A stretch of DNA of 64,000 nucleotides from Catajapyx aquilonaris. Lineage: Eukaryota. A model generated the notes under the pieces. That model saw only the letters and a program-made list of their open reading frames with translations, was not told where the DNA came from and did no database searches. This document shows positions 26,380 through 38,200 of this stretch, one piece after another (positions within the stretch are counted from its first letter, which is position 1; each line of letters starts with the position of its first letter). Position numbers and translations under genes: made by a program. The stretch spans positions 124,001 to 188,000 of the forward strand of contig KZ538002.1 of the NCBI GenBank assembly GCA_000934665.2, in the 5' to 3' direction.

Positions 26380-27140
26380 AAGTGTGTCCCCTTAAATCGG
26401 AGGCCCAAACACCGTTAGTTCTAACTCGAATGAACTCCGTCTTGTACAGGATGTCCATAAAATGCGTGTGATATGATGGCGCCATATTTTGGAAGGAGGG
26501 ATCAATACACCCTGTCCTCTGCAACTTGGCTAGAAGTTGTTATCAGTGTCCCATTTGACAGGCTCCCCATGGCGCTTAACTGCCTACAAGCCAAATCTTG
26601 ATCTGTTCCTTTCTCCATCGGTTGAAGGAAATGCGTCCATTTCAGAATCATCATGTACAGTGTGGCGAATATGGTCAGTGACATGTCGGATGAAATTGAC
26701 GTTGAATAGTATGCCCCCACCCTTTCATGGGCAAGTGGACATGCAGATTCAGGTTTTCCCCCTTCCTCTTTATTGAATCGGAGGGGCGCAACCAGTGGAC
26801 AGATTCATGCACTTGTTGAGGATCTTGTGGTCCGGATTGGCGGCTCAATCTCTGGCGGCGACCGAGCGAGGCAGCGACCGGTCAAGTGGCCTGGACGGCC
26901 TTTCCCCCAGGCCACTCTCTTCTTCTTCTTCTTCTTCTTCTTCTTCTTCTTCTTCTTCTTCTTCCACAGCCTGCTTTGCTTTTTGTTCCTCCTTCTCTTT
27001 CCTTATGCCCCTTTTTGTTTCCTCAGAGTGCCTTGGCTGACACCCCCAACTGCTCAACCACCACTGGGCCAGCAGCCATGTTGGGCAGCAGGTGTTATTT
27101 TGGAGGTTGCAGGACACTGGTTCACTGCATGCCACATGTG
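26380..27140 (-). mobile_element. Decayed 5' end (UTR + ORF1) of an I-group LINE
   Basis: FLQPMEKGTDQDL...LSNGTLITTSSQ...PVQDGVHSS resembles Nimb/I ORF1 (FLV...LRNGTLLVET...PVxxxPHxSLN). Interrupted by (CTT)n. Confidence 0.4.
26918..26964. repeat. (CTT)n microsatellite
   Basis: Direct reading. Confidence 0.99.
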
Positions 27141-30100
27141 TAAATTAGACTATGCAGGACGCACAGTCCGAGACTGTACATGGCTGACCCTAACAAAATG
27201 TCCATTTTACTAACACCGTACTATTTGTATTGGACTGTGTACTTATATCTCCTAATAGGGGGAATCAGGGCACACGCACGGTCTGCGTACTAGAACTTTC
27301 CTACGAAACACTAGTGCCATATTTGGTGTCCAATGAATTACAGGAGTACCATAATTCTCGTGCCAAACGGGGTCAACAACTCTAGTTGTGAGTCCTTCAT
27401 GGACAATATATGAGGAGGCAGCAGGTAGGCACCCAAGAAGAACTAGGATACAGCATATTTGTGCCAGAACACCACGTAGGCTGCCCCTATTAACATGTTG
27501 CACTCTGTGACCATTCTCACGCTGCGAGGCGTCGAAATAGCCCCCTTGCTGCGTATCGCAGGGCTATAATTACGGGTACACCAGTGTACAGCATAACTCA
27601 TTTCTACCGGAGGACAACTGGAGCAGGGGATCAGTCATGAAGAGTGTGAGTCACAGTTTTCAAATTTAATGACAAGGCGGGGGCACAGCCTCTACACCCC
27701 TGACAAACCTGACACTAGGCATCCCTATCATGAAGTTGGAGTAGGAGTAGGAGGAGGAGGAGGGGAGGAAGGGGAAGGGGGGAATTAGAATTCAAAACAT
27801 TGTGAGGGCAGAACCTGTTTGTCGGCAGCTCTCGGCTGTCAAGTGGCAACGCCGCTTCCCCCTCCTCCACTTCTTAAAAAGTACAGAACCAGAGCACAAC
27901 AATGAAAGTAGTCGAGCGACAAAACGTGCAGGAGCAATGAGGTGTCCTCCAATAAACCGGCTCTAGCCTTGCGTCCGACAATATCAGGCGGTAGCCTGTG
28001 CACCCAGCTTTATCAACAGGAGAGGCATATAGCCCCCGTCCATAAGCAGGCCGATTGTTAGTGAAAGGGGGGTGCTAATCGCCCATTGTTACCCGATACT
28101 CCCCATTGTCCCGATTCAAAATGGAGTTTGCTTTGCACGCGTGCGCAAATATCAGGTTGCGCAGTGTGTCTGCGCACGACCAATTTCGTCAGTCCTGACA
28201 GTGCGCATCAAATAATTCGCAAGTTTCCCCTGTGTTTTATGGCGTACTGTTGTGTACTGTTACGTGATGACTAGCTAACTCTTGCGTCCAAGAGTGTACA
28301 GGGCTCAGAAACGCGTTTACTCGATTCCTGCTGCTCTAGACAAAAGGGCAGTCGTTCTACCGGAAAAATTAGCAACCCAGGAGTTTTCATGGTAACTCAA
28401 GATGAGCTTCTTGCGATGGCTTGTGGAAATAAGACAAGCACTGCAATTACTACCTCCCCCTCTCCCCCCCGTCTCTCCCCCCCGCCGACTCTTCTACTTT
28501 CATTCAACATCCTCAACCTCAGGAGTCTCCAATTACGATCCAGACCTTCACAAACGCTGTGTGCAATTTTTTGTTGGTGCAAACTGCAATTGCAATGTCA
28601 GTGCCTCCAGGTACGGATTTGGCAAAATAGTTACCTTCGAAAGCAACTAGAGTTAATTATATTGTATTACGGCCCAAAACAGGATGGTTACTGAAGGGAA
28701 AATGTATTCTAATCACTTCACATGCAATTTAAGCCCTATAATGTGCGACAGTTGATTATAAAATAATGCTACATGTGACAGCACGAAGGCGACTAAATGC
28801 CCCACTTTTATGAGGTTGTCGGGAAAACATGTATTTTTAAACTAACAGTCTATATATAAGGCTACTGTAGCTTGCAATTACATTGTCATTCAAGTAGGCT
28901 TGCACAACATGAATGAAACCTCCATGTGTCTCTTACTGTTAATCTGATATTCACCGCTATATTATAAATTATTCACGCCTGGCATTTCTTGAAACCCTAA
29001 GAATTTGATATCCTTGACAGTTAAGCTATGGCCCGAGTCCCTAAATTTGAATCCAGCACAGTCAGCCAGACCAATTGACCCACTTGGATGGCGATATGTG
29101 ATCTATAACTGGTTGTCAAAAAAAAGGAGGGCGCACGACATGAATTCCACGAGTTGTCACCAGCACATCGCCAATATGGAACCTGCCCCCTGGAGGCTGA
29201 TTCGTGCATTGAATTGGGAGTCGGCGTGAAATGCGATTACAAAGAGCACCATTAGAAACGTGGAGTGGGAAAGGTCCTTGCCATTCAAGTGCACTCCATC
29301 GAGTGGCTCTCATGTCCACACTTCAAAACAGCAAAAAAATGATCATGGACAGTCCTCAATAGGTCGCTCAATCTGCCTTCCTGATTTCATTTCTAATTGG
29401 CATCAAATTATCATTCCATAAATGGTCAAAGTGGAGCACACACACAGTTTTATTATACAAAACTTTCTCCACACTGATAGGTAGAACCACTGTCACTTTA
29501 TATTTACTAGAAAGCAGAATAGCTGTTACTTCCTATTCTTTTTAATTAGCACTCAATGTCATAGCTCCCTGCAACATGAAATTAGTACTATATTTAGGCA
29601 TGGCGTGCCAAGAATTACCACCAACAATCGTCTCCTGCCTGCAGATGTACTCAAGAAAATCACAAGGAACATGATCCGATGGGAACCGCACTGGCTGAAC
29701 GCATTTTGTAAGTTGCTGTACAAGGTGCATCTTCTAACACGCAACCTGGTAAATTGGAAGGCTGTATCACAAAGAACACAGCAGTCAGGCGATCATCAGG
29801 CGAGGGAACCAAATTATTCAGCTTGAGATACTGTATTTACTCTTCGTGCACACGGAATGGTCAAGTTTCCTCCCCATGGAGATTTATCGGAGCGAAACAT
29901 TATATCGCCTGCAGAATAAGAAAAACTTTTGCATCCAAAGGTGAGGATAAAAAAGAGGCATCATTTGCACTAAGAGGCAGGTACTTTTTCTCTATCCTGA
30001 GGAATACTGCGGGGTTCAAGTTATGAATGTAGTAACTTGACTTCAATTCATACCAACATATAATAGGTGGTATATAAAACTGAAATATGCGGTCCCTAAA

Positions 30101-32804
30101 GGGTTGGCAGTAATGAGCGGTTCCTTAGTATTCCGGTGCGGATGAAAAGCAGCCTTGGAAATCGGGTTTTTGGTCGTATTTGCATATCACGCTGGATACC
30201 TTTTAGCCGAGTTTCCTTCCTTCTTTTCGGGCAGACTTGCAAAAAAACCTTCATCTCATTGCCATTAGCTATTAGAACCAAGGCAAAATAAACGTACCGC
30301 AAAGTGCCCCCAAGCCAAAACTGTATTTATAGCAGTGTCCTATGTCCTTTGCAAAAAAGGGGGAGATATATAGTAAACCTCCCGGACAATTTGTAGTGGT
30401 CAGCCTAGTTGTCGAGTACGGTCAAGGAAATCCCCCCAGCTCCCACCCCACACCTTTTAATCTCTCGCCACAATCCGTAGCATGGCTGACAAGAGGAATT
30501 TGGCCGCGTGACATTTATGACTGGCCTGATTTAGCTTCCTCTCGACTTATGAACGGGACACCTGTTTCCAAAACAGTGCGAAAGAGTTCTTGTTTGGGGA
30601 AGGAAGGAACGCCGATGGAATACGCAATTCTTTTGCCGGACGGTGGGTTCCTTGGACCCTGGAGAATGACGGAAGTCCATACTTGTTGGGACATCCTAAC
30701 GGAAGTTGGGCAAGGTCGACCGTACATGTCGCATTCTCTTTCTTTAGGATTAATCCCCGGCACGGTCTTGTAATACGCAGGTCCGGACACTCCCTGCCCT
30801 TTTGCGTCAGCTTACTTGCTCCCACCCGCAGGGAGGGGTGTTTCCGATTTGGCGCTGGTGTCGCCCCACAGTTCCTAAGCGACACGAGCGCAAAATCGGA
30901 AATGCAACTAAGCTCACAGGGGTGCCAGGGGGCTGATTCCAGGTATTGTTGGGATGCCATATAACGGAGGCTGTAAATGCCAGGCCAAAATTGACATTTA
31001 TTACTGAGCTCTCAGCTGATTCGCCACCACTTATAACGTTTATCAATCGGTACGTTGTAATAAGTTGCAATTTGGTATTCAGTAATGCTGATTTACAGCA
31101 GAATATTTCCTGCGTAGGTTATACTTAAGGGAGCATAACCGAAGCTCATTTTTACGAGAGATGGATGTTGTATTTTTTACGGTGTAACAATGTTGGCTAG
31201 CTTGATATTCGCAGAAGTCATAAATCAAGTGCTCAAATAAACATATCTTCGCCTCCTTAATTCCGCCAGGCGCATCGTACACGCTAACGGTTCAGACTAT
31301 AAGGCACACCCCGAGGTTACTTTGTCCCTGGGAACCCAAACTTTGCGTGTCAAAAATATGAAACCCCCTTTTTTTTCTTCCACACATTTTAATTTTTCCG
31401 GTACCCACACATTACCAATACTTTGCTTGAGAAAATTATCGAGGAGCTGGTTTTTTTCTTCTTGAACGGCGGCCTTGCTTGTTCGGAAGAGTTTTCACGG
31501 GCTTTCAAAAAAGCTGAGGACAAAAAGTGAAAGTGCCGGAGAACTATCCTTAAAAAGTAATTTAATGCAAGCCAATCAATCCTCCTCCTTTAAAATGGCG
31601 TGTAAGAAACTGTGTGATTAGTCCCTGGCTGTACTTTTCAGGCCGGTAATTGACACAAAAATGAGGCAACTCTGTGGAGGGAAAAATGATGTGAGAGCCC
31701 TTTTGTCACACCTGGTGAAAGCAGTTTCATCCTCATCTGCAATAGACGGTAATGATTCCCCTCATTGACACGTTAGCACAAAAGGGCAACTTGTTGACCA
31801 TCTTAAGTGATGAGGTTCTTTCCAAGGGTCAAGGCACCCACGAGCAGAGTAATCGGACGCGGAATATTATAGATAATTTTTCTGTTATCGAAGCGATTTG
31901 CAGATAAGGAGGCATGCATGATCACGATTTATCCACTGTTCTGGCCATAAAAGGTTAGGCTCCTGCGCAGGGCAGCTTTTTAAACATGGTATCACATTAT
32001 TATAGCCTAGGCTGCAACCGGGGAATATCAAATTGAAGGTTGACTCTGCTGGGGTCATTTTCTAAGAAACCTTGGTGCTGCCAAAAACGCATTATTCAAA
32101 TGTCAAATGATATTTCGCTGTTACTTTTATTATAGAAAACCAGGGTTTCTCCCACATCCAAATGCGATCCCCATATATCCAGGGATCTTTGATGAATCAG
32201 AGCAGAGGCCGCATAAAGAGCCGCATTAACACCACTTGAAAGCTTCCCTTCACACTTCCAAAGGTCCATGGGTGGAGTAGCCTAAGAAGAGGGGGTTGGA
32301 GGGTATAGGGAGTGAGGGACACCCAATCCTTTTGATTCACAGATATATAACTAGCTTGCCCCTGATCCCTATCTGCGCAAAGTCATGTGTACAATAAAAG
32401 AGTTTCGCAAGGAGACCATTGCGAAAGTCAGAAAAGCATAGCAGTTTGACTTCCCGACCTAGTTGACCAAATGCCAGGGTTCAAAAAGTGGCGGGCGCTT
32501 AGTCGTGCAGCCTCATTGCCCTTATAAATCAGTGCGGTACATTTTACGAGGATGCATAATTTATAGACCAAGTGTGTGTCATTGCAAAAATAGTTCCCAC
32601 TTGGAATGGGGTTAATGTATGCGAAAGGCTCGGTCGTAAATTCTACGTACCTAACTGACACATCCATTTATGCTCGGCAGGCTACGCGTACACTGTGTTA
32701 TTCCCATACACTATTAATCATGTTATCAGTGGTTTTTTTAAAAATTCTCTAGTTGAATAATTTAGTGATATAATACGCTGCTACTGCTATATTGGCGTAG
32801 TGTA

Positions 32805-32909
32805 CAGGATTGAGACAGATTCCACCCACCGCCCTCAGTTATTGCGGTGGGTTGTTCGGAGAGGGTGGAATTCCGATAAGGCGGTGGGTGGAAGCTGTCT
32901 TAAGCCTTG
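32805..32909. mobile_element. 105-bp mini inverted-repeat element (about 29-bp arms)
   Basis: caggattgagacagattccacccaccgcc ... ggcggtgggtggaagctgtcttaagccttg. Confidence 0.65.
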
Positions 32910-33497
32910 AGCACGGATATACACGGCGTAACTCACCATGCAATATTCTGTAACTTGCCTTACGTGACTGGGGCTTATTAAGCAGGATTTCAAGTTGATA
33001 CCTCCCGTTGTAATGTAAAATTCCCCTGGGGTTTTTTATACAACAGGTACTAATAACGTGGAAAATAATTCACATATTTTTTATTTTTATTATTTCTACA
33101 GTTACAACATCGTTCTGATAAACCCAGTCATATATTGTCTCCGCGAGCACACACGCCGTTTCGCAAAAAACAATTTGAGCTTTATAATTATTTATGACCC
33201 TGAATGTAACTGACACTCGCAAAAACTGGTGCCCAGTTCTCATGCATTAAAAACTGAACCTTATGGATTTGTCAGTTACCATTATTTACAGCCGACACCT
33301 TCATTTATGAAACCCAAGCAATGTCTCACTTACGTCCCCAAAAAAACGCAGCCTGAAGCAGAGCAACGGTATCTAGCTGGGCGAATTAATTCGCAACTCA
33401 AACTCGGGCACAATGACACATGATGTCATTGCACACCGCCTCGGAAAAGCCGGCATAAAATTCGCCAGAGTCGGAGGCCAGCGGGATATGACTCTCC

Positions 33498-33618
33498 CAG
33501 GTAGGGCTGGGCAGGTAGGCAGCAGGTAAGAGGAGATGGAGGGAGGGGGGGTTGTTTAGAATGGGATTCTGCCCTGAAGGGTCCCCATTCTGGAGCTAGG
33601 CCCCAGCCTATCTACCTA
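33498..33618. promoter_or_regulatory. Cluster of TAGteam (Zelda-type) motifs
   Basis: CAGGTAG 33498, CAGGTAG 33512, CAGGTAA 33523, TAGGTAG (minus) 33612-33618. Confidence 0.35.
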
Positions 33619-34291
33619 TCTATCTCCACCTCATCTCCCAGACTGACCTCAATACCCACATACACATTTGCAAACACGCCCTGAGAAGGGCTTTTTCGCA
33701 TGCGGAAACTGTCAGGTGTGTACCCGCCCAATTAAGGTGGCTCCCGATCAATCGCTTCTGATGCATTGGGAGGAAGTCATCTGATCCAGAGACCCAACCT
33801 TAAAGGATTGTCTGGAGGACCTCATAAGACGGTTATTAGCATGTATGAAGAAGGAGGGAAAAAACCAGGAGTAAGGGGGGCTTCCGATTGATACCTTGAG
33901 TCGTGATTAATTACAGCAAAACGGAGGGCTTGCGGGAAACAAATCAAAGTCAAAGTGTGGATGTTTATCGGGTTGTCAGGAGGCATTTTCCACAAGGTAG
34001 TGCTTCGGTGTGTTTTTTTTTTATGAATGCACCTGCTGATGGAGGTGGCCTTCTCTTATTTCCGTGCTTTTTCACGCTTAATTACAGATTGTTTTGGATC
34101 ACGCTTGTTATTATGGTAATGTGCGATTATAGGGGATGATTTCTCATTTTACGTTCACTGAACATTTGGGTAGTTATTGTTATTTTATAGCGCATATCCG
34201 GTTCTGAATAACGGCGTTGGGTATTTAATTACGCTACAAATATTAATATAAACATAAAATCAGAATGCTTCTCGAAGTACCGGTACATATA

Positions 34292-34501
34292 CAGGGTGTT
34301 TCAATTTTTTGTCAGAACAGTTATCGGAAATATTGCACTAAGCTGCTACTTTGTAAGCAGTGTATGCCACTTCAACCTAAGATTCGCAGGGAATATTCCC
34401 CATACCTCCAACAAACCGGTTGCAAGTCACTGCTTACAAAGTAGCAGCTTATAGTGCAATATTTCCCATAACTGTTCGGACAAAAAAGTTGAAACACCAT
34501 G
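34292..34501. mobile_element. Tc1/mariner-type palindromic MITE (about 72-bp arms), TA TSD
   Basis: TA|cagggtgtttcaa...gctgctactttgtaagcagtg ... cactgcttacaaagtagcagc...ttgaaacaccatg|TA. Confidence 0.9.
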
Positions 34502-35118
34502 TACTTATATGACCTTCATCCCACTGAACACTCACTGAGAGAAACGATGAATCATAAGTAAGATAGTGTTGTCCCTCATAACTGACACACATTTGTACTC
34601 AACATTTCGTTATCTGATATTATTACCATTAGATAAATATTAATGCAGATATTAATTCGAGTTGATATGTAAAAATAGATCTTATTATGCATGCCACATA
34701 CTCGGCGGGTAAAAATTTTTTGGCACAGAAAGGTCACTCGACTACTCTAAAGGCCTCCAAATGGAAGAGTTAATGTCAGATAAGTATGACAGGTACGCTG
34801 TGTCCGGCGGTTATTGATTGTTTACAGCCTGTAGAAATGCGCCACCTTGTTAATGATTGACGTCTGGATGCTTTCAGATACGGCCTACCGCGGATTTCGA
34901 TCAAGGTACCTACATACAACCTAAATGTTGGCAAAGAATCAATTCATCCGGTACGACTGACCACACCCAATTCTGACGCAATATTTGGCAAATTATTTGG
35001 GAAAAAAACATGGCCCCCATTCCTAACCTCCAGTTTCTTCAAAATAAAAAATGGCAATTGTAGGGGGCACCCGGTGCGAAGGATTTTTCTGCCCACTTTT
35101 ATCAATAACAGCATCAAT

Positions 35119-35293
35119 TGATTAATGGGAGTTTGCTGATTTATTGCGGGGGTGAAGCTGAGGCTGTGTGTTTGCCTACATTAAATCTCCCGCCAGCCTT
35201 TTTACCTGCCGGAGAACCTTACAGGTAACCCCACAGTAATCCTTTCCCGCACGTCTATTCCGGCTAATTAATTAACGATACCTATCTTGACAG
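35119..35293. promoter_or_regulatory. Candidate Hox/Exd/Hth enhancer module
   Basis: TGATTAATGG 35119, TGATTTATTG 35137, TAATTAATTA about 35265, TGACAG 35288. Confidence 0.35.
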
Positions 35294-38200
35294 AGATCGG
35301 GAGTGTTATAGGAACATGCAGTTTAGTGTTGTTTTTTTTCCCTTTCTATCTCTCTCTCGGTCCGTTTTAATCGTTGTTGGTATCTCGCGAACGGTACAAA
35401 AGAGAGGAGTGGAGCCGGATGGTTGAACTTCCACAATTCGCACCTTGTGCAGGTGCTCGATAAGGACCACGGTGTCAACGGGAAGTGTCACCACGAGGCT
35501 TACCTCACTGCCCAAGCATGACCACAGATTTGTGTGGGAATCGGTTGAACCCGTGCAAAGCAGGTCCGATGAGTTCGCATTGTACTAAATTCAAAGTTGC
35601 AAACACCTCCTTTCGATGGAACACAATTTATTTGGCTCCTAACGTTTGTAAAACTGCAACTTATGTGATGTAAAGGGTGTAGTCTGCTTGTCGTTTTTTT
35701 CTGACCACTAACACGTACAAGGGCAACATCCAGAAGCATCTCAGGTAAACGCGGCATCATTTTGCCCATACCTGGCAATGTTGCATGGAATGTGTCAAAT
35801 TCACACATTTCGGCAGGATTTAGCCGCAAGCACATTGTGTAATTTCCAGCAGACTAATTTGAATTTACGATCACGTCTTATCTGGTCTGTAGGATAGACA
35901 CATATTTACAAATAGTTTGTGAAAATCCCGTTTCGCGATATGAACAGTTGTTGTCGCACTGGACGAGTTATGTTTCGATTGAGAATATTGATCAGATTAC
36001 AAGTGGGGTGCATGGGAGATAAACAAAACGACACCCGAGAAATTTAAAGCCCGTTAGAAAACAGGCACATAGCCGTTCATAAATTCCGTGGCTATTGAGT
36101 TAACCTTGCCGTGTGTTATCCCACTTGTTGTGGTCTGCCATGTAATTCAGACCAGGAGGGAAAAAATATGAAGGGCCGGCTGACTGGGGCTTGAACCGAG
36201 GCCAGGGCTGGTTGGCATGGCAAACGGAAACTAGTGAGAAACGGGTTGGTCAGGTCTTTTGAGTCCGGCTCAGACACGGCCGCCTCGCCTTCTTTCATGC
36301 TAGCCAGCCAGGGTAGTTGCAACACTGCTCTTCCACCACCCCTCCTCCCTACCATCCAGATGGGGGGAAAGGAAGGGGGAAAACACCTTTCACCCACCTA
36401 CCCAAACCCACACTCTTGCTATGGTACCTTCCTGCCATCCCATCGCCTTCGGGAATGTTAAAGGGAACCAGCTTCCGCTCAGGCTCCTAGATCGCGCGAC
36501 AATACCTCTCTGGTTCGGGGTTCGCTCGCTGGAGTTTTATCGGGCGCTCGGATCTGTAAATGCGGGTGTCCATTTTTTGAGAGAAGCCACTTACAGCGGA
36601 TGAGCATTAAAGGGGGGCGGATTCCTGGCAGGTGTTGAGACTTGGCTCCTCCGCTTGCACCGGCCCATATAACCACTGGCCCTTGGAATGGCATGAAATA
36701 TTTTCCACCTGGAAAGACCTGCCCCCCCCCCTCCCCCTCACACACATGGATATCAGAGATGTCTCAGTTTAGAAGCCACTCTTGACAGCGTGTGTCGTGT
36801 CGCTGTCAACACGTGGATAAGACCCATTCTTCGGGCTAAGAATATCTGATTGGCCCTACACTGTTTTACACTCTGATTAAGTCGCTTCCCCGGAATAAAC
36901 AAACGAATTATCGTGGTCTTTCAGGACATATTTGGACATACGTCGCAGCAGCTCAATCCTTGACAGTACAGCCCATCTGAAGTAAGACGTCATAGGGCAA
37001 TAGCATAACTCGAAAGCTCGATGCAAAACAGGAAGTTAGGCCTCTTTTGCAACGAATAATTGAATCAAGATAGGCCATATCAGATCCCACACAGTTTATA
37101 ATTCCAGAGAGCATGTCCCTAACCTGTCACTGATAGCCTCCAACTTCCACCTCGTATATCAAGCCGTTTCCGTTCCATCAATAGGCAAGCAGGCAGGCCC
37201 CCACATTGGCAGATCATTGGCAAGCCGGAGCCAGTGCATAAATCAAACCCTATCAAAATCAGTGGGCAAGCAAGCAACACACCGAAGGACGCCCAGGTAT
37301 AAGGTGCTGCTGTTTGGTGCCTCATAACTGGGCCGATGTGAGTGAGGAAGTTTATTTCGAGCCCTGGTGCTGGAAACAATTACCTGGCAGGGCTGCAGGG
37401 GACGTGCCCACCTGTGCTTGCGTGTGCACTTTGTGCAAGTGTGGCGCCTGCGTGGATTTTTACCTGCTCAAATTATGCACGCCAAACCAGGGGCCAGGGC
37501 TACACTCCAATCCTAGTCTATACATGTGTGTGTGTGTGTGTGCACCTTCAGATGAAACAGAAGGGGGAGGTGCCGCTGGGAACACGCTCATTACCACGAT
37601 ACTAAATCTTGACGTTGCAATTAATGAATCTACAAATTTATGGCGCAGGAAAAAATGGCCGCGATGCTCAATCGAACTATTTTTTTTTGTCTCCACCCCT
37701 CCCCTACCCCTACCTCTTCCTGCCGGTCTAAAGATTTCATCACGGGCATTGTTGGCAAATCGGTTACAAGCCTGGTCATAAACACGTCTTTTCTTAAATC
37801 GAATCCTAGCATGGCAAGGGCCTGGAAGGAAGAACAAAGAAAGAAAAAAATCTAACGGGCACTGCAATGACCCTGCAAATGGTCTCGCATTTTGACGATT
37901 ACTCCTAATTACTGCTTGCGGTGTACGCTGTATGAACAGGGCTGTAAAGTTTTGATAATCAAAGCCGGTTTTTTTTCTTTTTCGGAAATGCTAAATACTC
38001 CTCGAGAGCCAGTTTTTTATTATTATTATTTAGTTTTATGTGTTACGGCGGCGTTGGGTCATGCAATTTGGCCATTGTTTTCAGGCGGCGAGGTCAGAAT
38101 CGGATGCCCCCTATACGGGGCGTCATAAGAAGGCCGCTGCAGCCAAACTGGGCACATTTTGGGGTCCTCCAGATTGGCTGGAACAACCTGCCTGCAACGC

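Noticed and set aside
29542..29730. Possible LINE endonuclease relic (ETIVGGNSWH)
   Set aside because: Too short and degenerate to support without a profile search.
35495..35510. Isolated strong minus-strand donors (35500, 32933, 45508)
   Set aside because: No matching acceptor or coding frame upstream; expected by chance in 64 kb.
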